From a virus, in the IMG/VR virus record IMGVR_UViG_3300045988_166413: DNA of 41,593 nucleotides; one strand, 5' to 3'. The stretch's first letter is position 1. Each line of letters opens with the position of its first letter. The position numbers were made by a program, and so were the translations under genes. Under the pieces are notes generated by a model. That model searched no databases and was not told where the DNA came from. It worked only from the letters and a program-made list of their open reading frames with translations. Of this stretch, positions 35,765 to 41,593 are shown one piece after another.

Positions 35765-36608
35765 TTCGTTTACCTCTTACAAGTTTTAAATATTCGTCTT
35801 CGCTTAAACCAGATGTGTCCATTATTTCTACGTCCTCAATTTTTATATTATCTTTCTTTTCGTTTTTGTTTTGATTTTCATTTTTAGCTTCTGCTAATGT
35901 CTTAATATTGGCTTTAGACCAATTGTTGAGAATTGCCTTTATATAACTGATTGTTCTTTTATTGTTTTCTATACTAATCTGCATTGCATAAATAACTAAT
36001 TCTGATCCTAGCTCTTTTGTATAATCTTCTAAAACTTCTGATGTGTATGGTGTTAAAAGATTAATATTGTCTTCGTAAAATTTTGAAACTTTTTGGAAAT
36101 CGTCTTTACAACTGTCCTTTCCTGTTAGAAGACCGTCTTTACAACTTTCGTCTTCTTGAAAACCGTCGCCACAACTTTCGCTTTCTTCTTGTTCTTTTTC
36201 TTTACTATTCTTTTCTATACTAATCTTATCTATTCTATTCTTATCTATACTGTGTATACACTCTGTATCCAAATTGTATACATTGCTTTTATCTATTGTT
36301 AATCTAGATTTTTCATTTTTATATATTGTTTCCTTGTATCTATCTTTTTGCAGATAATTATTTAATCTCCAATGTCTTATTACTAGCACTCCTGTATCAA
36401 ATGGAATTACAAAAGATTTAGCTATTAATATTTTTAAATCGTCTTCTTTTTTTCCAGTCATTCTCATTATGGATTTCCACTTATCTACAAAACCATCATC
36501 ATCAGCTTGCATCGATAAGTGAAAATATAAATTTTGAGAGCTGTCTGGCATTTCTAAAAACTCGTCACTTTCAACTACGGAGTTATTAAACATTCGTTTT
36601 TGTGCCAT
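35754..36608 (-). CDS. DnaD-like replication initiation protein
   Basis: N-term MAQKRMFNNSVVESDEFLEMPDSSQNLYFHLSMQADDDGFV; C-terminal DnaD-like region; upstream of dnaB. Confidence 0.8.
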   Translation of the reverse strand: MAQKRMFNNSVVESDEFLEMPDSSQNLYFHLSMQADDDGFVDKWKSIMRMTGKKEDDLKILIAKSFVIPFDTGVLVIRHWRLNNYLQKDRYKETIYKNEKSRLTIDKSNVYNLDTECIHSIDKNRIDKISIEKNSKEKEQEESESCGDGFQEDESCKDGLLTGKDSCKDDFQKVSKFYEDNINLLTPYTSEVLEDYTKELGSELVIYAMQISIENNKRTISYIKAILNNWSKANIKTLAEAKNENQNKNEKKDNIKIEDVEIMDTSGLSEDEYLKLVRGKRNAG

Positions 36609-36670
36609 TTTTTCTCCTTTCTTTAGTAAAAACAGGATATAACTTATATTGTCATACCCTGTTGTCCACA

Positions 36671-37477
36671 TTAATTAATATTTATAAATGGAATTGCATC
36701 AGATGTAGTTGTAGGTAACTGTCCGTTCCATTTTTCAATTGCCTTTTGCTCATTTTCTATTTCTTTTAATCTCAAGTAATTATCTGTAATTTGCTCATTT
36801 TGTTGCCTCATAACTTCAGCATCTGCTTTAGCATTTTCTATCTTTTTCTCATTCTCTACTTTTGCTTTTTCTAATTCATATTGTGCTTTTTGTGTTTCTT
36901 GTTCTACTATTTGCTTTTGCTCTACTGCTGTGTCAAATTCTTCTGAAAAACTTAAATCTGTTATATTTAAAGCTGTTACTGTTACACCTTTATTTTCTAA
37001 TTTTTCTTTTAATAAATTGATAATTATATCTGCTACTTCACTTCTTTTTGTTATTGTTTCTTCTGCTGTATATTGACTTATTCCTTGTTTAATACTTTCT
37101 AATATTGCTGGTTCTATTAATACTGTTTGATAATCCTTTCCAACTTCTTTATATAAATTATTGGCATTGTTTTTATCTACGTTATAATTAACTACTACTT
37201 TTAAATTACTTATTTTCTGTAAATCTTTCGAACTAGCTTCTGTTGCTATCTCATATTTTTGTGTTCTACAATCTATCTTTACTATACTTTCTATAAAAGG
37301 AGCTTTTAAATTGAATCCTTCTTGAATTACATCATCTTGTACTTGTCCAAATCTTGTTTTTACTCCTACGTATCCTGTTGGTACAGTTGTTATACTTGCA
37401 ATAAGTATAATCATTGCTATTACAATTACTCCTACAATACTTCCTATAATAATTTTAGTTTTTGTTTCCATATACAT
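36671..37477 (-). CDS. SPFH/prohibitin-like membrane protein
   Basis: TTVPTGYVGVKTRFGQVQDDVIQEGFNLKAPFIESIVKIDCRTQKYEI...LNITDLSFSEEFDTAVEQKQIVEQETQKA. Confidence 0.85.
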   Translation of the reverse strand: MYMETKTKIIIGSIVGVIVIAMIILIASITTVPTGYVGVKTRFGQVQDDVIQEGFNLKAPFIESIVKIDCRTQKYEIATEASSKDLQKISNLKVVVNYNVDKNNANNLYKEVGKDYQTVLIEPAILESIKQGISQYTAEETITKRSEVADIIINLLKEKLENKGVTVTALNITDLSFSEEFDTAVEQKQIVEQETQKAQYELEKAKVENEKKIENAKADAEVMRQQNEQITDNYLRLKEIENEQKAIEKWNGQLPTTTSDAIPFININ

Positions 37478-37479
37478 TT

Positions 37480-37848
37480 TTACCTCCCAAATTCTTTAAT
37501 AAATTTTTCTTCGCTATATTTTTTTATAAAAATCTGTTTTGCTTCTTCCTGTATGTCTTTCTTTAAGAGTGGATTATCTGTTAATTTCCTGTGACATTTA
37601 AAACATATTGGTATAACTAGTCCATATTTCATACTAGTTTGTCTATTTCTACCTCCAAAAACTTCATCCAAATGATCTTTTTTGTGTTTCTTGCATACAT
37701 AACAAATATCTAAATTGTATGTAATTATGCTGTATCTATTACGTTCTAATTTTGCTAATTTACTACTTTTTTGTTTTATCTTTTTTACTTTCTTTTTTTC
37801 TGTTTTTGGTGGTTTTGGCACAGGATAAAATTCTTTAGATAAATCCAT
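37480..37848 (-). CDS. HNH-like zinc-binding nuclease
   Basis: CYVCKKHKKDHLDEVFGGRNRQTSMKYGLVIPICFKCHRKL. Confidence 0.65.
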   Translation of the reverse strand: MDLSKEFYPVPKPPKTEKKKVKKIKQKSSKLAKLERNRYSIITYNLDICYVCKKHKKDHLDEVFGGRNRQTSMKYGLVIPICFKCHRKLTDNPLLKKDIQEEAKQIFIKKYSEEKFIKEFGR

Positions 37849-37887
37849 TTGTTCCTCTTTTCTTGCATTTTTTCTAAATTCGTGTTA

Positions 37888-38253
37888 TTATTTATTTATA
37901 CTTTCTTGAAAAAAATCTTTTGTGGTTGTTGATGCGTGAGCATTAGCAATCACTTTTTTTATTCTTTTGCAACTGTTGTACAATTCTAAATAGCTTGTTT
38001 CTGCTAAATCTGTGTTATCTATTTCGTTCTTAATTAATCTTAATTTGTTAGATTTTTCACTTAATTCACGTTCTACTTCGTAAATTTCTTCTTCTAAATT
38101 ATTTACTTTGTCGTTATATATCTCTGTAGATACTATTGCATAAGCCACTAACATTCCTATAATTCCTAAAAGTAAAAATATTATTATCGTTTCCATTTGT
38201 TCTCTATTCTCCTTTTTTCTAATTTCATTTTTGATAATGTAATGATGTGCCAA
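37888..38253 (-). CDS. Membrane-anchored coiled-coil protein
   Basis: TM IIIFLLLGIIGMLVAYAIV followed by a heptad-rich segment. Confidence 0.5.
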   Translation of the reverse strand: MAHHYIIKNEIRKKENREQMETIIIFLLLGIIGMLVAYAIVSTEIYNDKVNNLEEEIYEVERELSEKSNKLRLIKNEIDNTDLAETSYLELYNSCKRIKKVIANAHASTTTKDFFQESINK

Positions 38254-38343
38254 ATAAATATTTGATCTAATCTATCCATCTTTTTTATCACTTCCTTTCT
38301 ATTAATTTTTGTATTATAATCGCCTCTAAGGAGGTGATTAATA

Positions 38344-38499
38344 ATGTCTAAAGATGAAATTATTCAAAACACAATTAATAAATATCATCAAGAATGTTCC
38401 AAAATTATTGAAACTGAATTTATAGATAAGTTAGAAAAACACGAAGAAATTATGATTAAAGTAATTTTAGAAACTATACTTAATAATAATTTAAACTAA
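38344..38499 (+). CDS. Small acidic protein, 51 aa, antisense to the early operon (MSKDEIIQNTINKYHQECSKIIETEFIDKLEKHEEIMIKVILETILNNNLN)
   Basis: Near-ideal RBS AAGGAGGTGAT upstream of the ATG; TATAAT at 38315-38320. Confidence 0.55.
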   Translation: MSKDEIIQNTINKYHQECSKIIETEFIDKLEKHEEIMIKVILETILNNNLN

Positions 38500-38642
38500 T
38501 AATTTTCACTAAAAATTCGACTTATAGATGGTGCAATTTGTTTCGCTACTTTTTCGCCATCTATTTTTATTTCTAAATTTTCTATTAAGTTAAACTTTTT
38601 AAAGAATTGTTCTAATTCTTGTGGACTTCCTTCTATTTTCAT
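38496..38642 (-). CDS. Small protein, 48 aa (MKIEGSPQELEQFFKKFNLIENLEIKIDGEKVAKQIAPSISRIFSENY)
   Basis: Open frame with RBS AGAGGAG; below the ORF-track cutoff; converges on 38344-38499. Confidence 0.5.
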   Translation of the reverse strand: MKIEGSPQELEQFFKKFNLIENLEIKIDGEKVAKQIAPSISRIFSENY

Positions 38643-38802
38643 ATTCTTGCTCCTCTCTTATCCTATAAATATTTTCATTATTACTAGCGCTCCTGCTGCT
38701 ATAACTGCTACCGTAGGTATTACATCACTGCATAAACTACATACTGCTTTTCCAATTAAACAATACTTTTTCATTTGTTTACTCATTTTCTCTCACCCCT
38801 TT

Positions 38803-39054
38803 CTATATAATTTGCCTTGCCATTTCTTGTAGTATTTCTTGTTTATCCTTTTCGTTTAGTCCTAAATCATAAAGTAAAACTGCTCTTTTATCTGCTAACT
38901 GCTTTACTCCTGTTCCTTTAATTCTAGGAAAGTCAGGTCTGTTAAATATTTCCCTTGCTTTATTCTCTCCTATTCCTCTCCAGTCTGCATAATCATAAGG
39001 TGTTATTGTTTCTGGTAAATTTTCATAATTAAGAATTGACCTCTTTTCTTGCAT
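38803..39054 (-). CDS. HTH/excisionase-like DNA-binding protein
   Basis: TITPYDYADWRGIGENKAREIFNRPDFPRIKGTGVKQLADKRAV. Confidence 0.55.
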   Translation of the reverse strand: MQEKRSILNYENLPETITPYDYADWRGIGENKAREIFNRPDFPRIKGTGVKQLADKRAVLLYDLGLNEKDKQEILQEMARQII

Positions 39055-39061
39055 TTTTTTA

Positions 39062-39289
39062 TCACCTCTTTTTTGCTTTTAAACATTTTGTTGAACTTAT
39101 TGCCAAAAAAATATCAGTTATATCGCAACCATATAACTCAGACATTTTTTCTTTTAAGGTATCGCTTGGATTTCTAGATCCATTTTCTAACATTGACAAA
39201 TATTCTTTTGTAATTACTAAAAATTTTGCAGCTTGTTCTTGAGTATATCCATTTTGAACTCTTAAATCTTGTAATGTCTTTTTTGTCAT
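39062..39289 (-). CDS. XRE-family HTH regulator (Cro-like)
   Basis: TLQDLRVQNGYTQEQAAKFLVITKEYLSMLENGSRNPSDTLKEKMSELY; AGGAGG upstream of the MTKK start. Confidence 0.8.
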   Translation of the reverse strand: MTKKTLQDLRVQNGYTQEQAAKFLVITKEYLSMLENGSRNPSDTLKEKMSELYGCDITDIFLAISSTKCLKAKKR

Positions 39290-39301
39290 TTTGCACCTCC
39301 T

Positions 39302-39448
39302 CAACAATTTGTTGAAGTTATTCTATTAAACATTTTGTTAAATGTCAATACTTTTTTTATATTTTTTATACATTTTGTTTAATTCTGTTGACGCTCTAAG
39401 AAAAATATTTTACAATTTGTTTACTTATTAAACAAATTGTTTTATAAT
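39302..39448. promoter_or_regulatory. Lysogeny switch: divergent promoters and repressor operators
   Basis: Leftward TTGACA (39343-39348)-N17-TAGAAT (39320-39325); rightward TTGACG (39388)-N17-TACAAT (39411) or TTTACT-N17-TATAAT (39443); operators CAACAA-T-TTGTTG (39302-39314), TTAAACATTTTGTTAAA (39326-39342), CATTTTGTTTAA (39371-39382), ACAATTTGTTTA-CTTAT-TAAACAAATTGT (39412-39440). Confidence 0.75.
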
Positions 39449-39478
39449 ATATTATATATTATGTAAAGGATGTATGTT

Positions 39479-39817
39479 ATGAATAGATTAAAGAAATTAA
39501 GACTCGAAAAAAATGAAAGTCTAGAAAGTATTGCTAAAATATTAAATGTTACATTGCAAACTATTTCAAACTACGAAAATGAAAAAAGAGAAATGACTCC
39601 AAATACAATTCTTAAATTGGCAGAATATTTTAATGTTTCAACAGATTATCTTTTAGGTAAATCAGATATAAGAAATCCCGAAGAGCAAATAAAACAAGAA
39701 TTTGAATTTGCTTATCATAAAGAAATGGAAGGATTAAGTGATGAGGAAATTGCAGATGCTCTAAGATTTTATAAACAAATTAAATATGGTAATAAAGAAA
39801 ATAAATCTGATAATTAA
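39479..39817 (+). CDS. CI-like repressor, XRE family
   Basis: NRLKKLRLEKNESLESIAKILNVTLQTISNYENEKREMTPNTILKLAEYFNVSTDYLLG; RBS AAAGGA fits the second ATG. Confidence 0.85.
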   Translation: MNRLKKLRLEKNESLESIAKILNVTLQTISNYENEKREMTPNTILKLAEYFNVSTDYLLGKSDIRNPEEQIKQEFEFAYHKEMEGLSDEEIADALRFYKQIKYGNKENKSDN

Positions 39818-39835
39818 TTTATTTTGGGGGCTATA

Positions 39836-40245
39836 ATGAATTTAAATAAATTATATGAGATTGCTAATAAAGAAAATATTACAATAATTAACTTTAAAAT
39901 GAAAAATAAGGCAATTATTGGTAGGATTGATAAAAAATATTGTATTCGGTTTAAATTACTCTCGAATTAAAACCTCGTGCGAAGAAAAGGAACTTTTAGC
40001 AGAAGAACTTGGACATTATTATCATAATGCTTTGTATAATGCCAATACAGATAAAATCGTAATAGAACAAAAAGAATATAGAGCTAATAAGTGGAAAAAT
40101 ACAATATTAATTACGATAAATGATTTTAAAGAGGCTTTTAATAAACGGAATGAGTACTGTTTATGATATTGCAGATTATTTTAGCTTATCTACTAATACT
40201 GTAGAATTTGCTTATAATTATTATAAAGAAAATGGATATCTATAA
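39836..40245 (+). pseudogene. ImmA/IrrE-like protein disrupted by two single-nucleotide frameshifts (C39947, C40146)
   Basis: Three-frame reconstruction MNLNKLYEIANKENI...IDKKYCI | GLNYSRIKTSCEEKELLAEELGHYYHNALYN...FKEAFNK | GMSTVYDIADYFSLSTNTVEFAYNYYKENGYL*. Confidence 0.8.
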
Positions 40246-40315
40246 CTTTTAAACAAAAGATAAATGCTATTTTTTAGCATTTAATTTTTATCACTATAAC
40301 GAAAGGATGTTTTGT

Positions 40316-41473
40316 ATGGCAAAAAGAGGTAATGGAGAAGGCTCTATTTTCTATTCTGAAAAATTAAATCGTTGGGTAGGCCAATTTACTGCTGGAAGAA
40401 AAGTGGATGGTAAATTGAATCGTAAATCTGTATATGGTAAAACCCGTAAAGAAGTAAAAGATAAAATGAATAAAGCTCTTGTAGATGTTAATAAAGGGCT
40501 TTTTATTGACAAACAAGATATAACATTCAAAGAATTAATTGAAAACTATATAAGTTACAAATATGATACTAATCAGATTAGTGATAGAAGTTTTTTGAGA
40601 AATCAAGAAACTTTAAAACAAATAATAAAATGCGACTCTGCTTTTGCCAATAAAAATATACAAAAAATAACTACAGAAGATATAAAACATTTTTTGACTA
40701 CCATTACTATTTATTCTGATAGCTCTATAAAGAAAATGTATTCAATGATGAATAAAGCTTTTAAAATTGCAATGTCTGAAAAATATATAATATTCAATCC
40801 AACTAATAGCGAAATTATAAAAAAACCAAATTCAGACAAAGAAAATAAAAAAATTGAAGCGTTAACCGTAGAAGAACAAAGAAATTTAATAAATGTTTTA
40901 GATTTAAATAGTAAATATGATTTAATTATTTTAATGCAATTATATACTGGTATGAGAATTGGAGAAGTTTTAGCATTAAAAAAAGAAGATATTGATATTA
41001 ATAATAATAAAATCTATATTCAAAGAACTTTAACAAGAAATAAAAATGATAAAGTTATATTAGGCAATAAAACAAAAACTGAAAATTCTGTTAGAAATAT
41101 AACAATTAATAGTTCTATTCATATTATACTATCAAATGCCTTTAAAATTGATTCTCATAACAAATACGGATTATTATTTTATGATGACGAAGAAGATAAT
41201 TTTATATCTCCTAATGAATTAAATTCCTATTTACAAAGACTAAATAAAAAGTATTCTATTGCTAAACATATTCACACACATATGTTAAGACATACTTATG
41301 CTACACGATGTATAGAAAGTGGAATGTCTGCAAAAGTTTTACAGAAAAAATTAGGTCATAAAAATATAACAACAACAATGGACACCTATGCATCTGTTTT
41401 CGAAAAATTCCAATTACAAGAAGACGACAAATTTAATGCATATTTAGATAAAGAAAATATTGGGTTGCATTAA
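40316..41473 (+). CDS. int: Tyrosine recombinase (phage integrase)
   Basis: TGMRIGEVLALKKEDI...HMLRHTYATRCIESGMSAKVLQKKLGHKNITTTMDTYASV; next to attR. Confidence 0.97.
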   Translation: MAKRGNGEGSIFYSEKLNRWVGQFTAGRKVDGKLNRKSVYGKTRKEVKDKMNKALVDVNKGLFIDKQDITFKELIENYISYKYDTNQISDRSFLRNQETLKQIIKCDSAFANKNIQKITTEDIKHFLTTITIYSDSSIKKMYSMMNKAFKIAMSEKYIIFNPTNSEIIKKPNSDKENKKIEALTVEEQRNLINVLDLNSKYDLIILMQLYTGMRIGEVLALKKEDIDINNNKIYIQRTLTRNKNDKVILGNKTKTENSVRNITINSSIHIILSNAFKIDSHNKYGLLFYDDEEDNFISPNELNSYLQRLNKKYSIAKHIHTHMLRHTYATRCIESGMSAKVLQKKLGHKNITTTMDTYASVFEKFQLQEDDKFNAYLDKENIGLH

Positions 41474-41485
41474 AATTGCATTAAA
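41465..41485 (+). promoter_or_regulatory. Candidate integrase arm-type sites (2x TTGCATTAAA)
   Basis: TTGCATTAAA at 41465-41474 and 41476-41485, matching the two copies near attL. Confidence 0.55.
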
Positions 41486-41494
41486 AGCAAAATA

Positions 41495-41537
41495 AAAAAC
41501 TATGTAATAAGCTATTTAAAGGCATTACATAGTTTTT
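41495..41537. terminator. Bidirectional terminator between int and tRNA-Leu
   Basis: Perfect 14-bp inverted repeat AAAAACTATGTAAT / ATTACATAGTTTTT. Confidence 0.85.
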
Positions 41538-41538
41538 G

Positions 41539-41557
41539 TTCTTGGTACCGATGGTGG
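41539..41557. repeat. attR core: 19-bp direct repeat TTCTTGGTACCGATGGTGG
   Basis: Exact copy of 37-55 at the tRNA 3' end. Confidence 0.93.
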
Positions 41558-41593
41558 GACTCGAACCCACATGGTTTCCCGCCAGATTTTGAG
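41543..41593 (-). tRNA. tRNA-Leu (CAA), 3' part only (5' end lies outside the window)
   Basis: Reverse complement CTCAAAATCTGG...GTGGGTTCGAGTCCCACCATCGGTACCA: anticodon loop CTCAAAA, short variable arm, T-arm, ACCA end. Confidence 0.85.

Noticed and set aside
37322-37594. Plus-strand 90-aa Asn/Tyr/Cys-rich ORF
   Set aside because: Antisense to the SPFH gene N-terminus; composition is explained by complementing Ile/Val-rich TM codons.

Overview
The window is an essentially complete, low-GC siphovirus-type prophage (HK97-like morphogenesis module, tape measure, Dit, baseplate) from a Firmicutes host. It is inserted at the 3' end of a tRNA-Leu gene and bounded by a 19-bp direct repeat (37-55 and 41539-41557). 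The integrase and a CI-like repressor read rightward at the right end. Early/replication genes and late genes read leftward. Main points: (1) The attL-proximal cargo after the endolysin holds a compact overlapping three-gene operon: an ADP-ribosyltransferase-like 'YHGT...GSGVYFY' protein, a 98-aa middle protein and a SecB-like chaperone. This looks like a toxin-antitoxin-chaperone (TAC) system, possibly related to CmdTAC-type anti-phage defence. (2) An inferred late promoter has three AACCGCA direct repeats at an 11-bp period. It reads into an unusual leader with perfect stem-loops, tRNA-Met, a 15-nt 16S-3'-tail-like sequence and tRNA-Ser. (3) A recurrent N-terminal tag and duplicated Ig-like domains occur across baseplate proteins, a ricin-B-like lectin region is inserted in a tail protein, and a (TG)14 microsatellite lies upstream of the last tail gene. 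(4) Frameshifts: a probable +1 tail-chaperone frameshift, a -1-type A AAA AAA shift in an Api92-like gene, and two single-C frameshifts in an ImmA-like gene. (5) Other items are candidate integrase arm sites (TTGCATTAAA x4), a candidate cos region, an SPFH protein, a glycosyltransferase and a terminated moron gene inside the tail operon. All family assignments come from reading the sequences; no database search was run.
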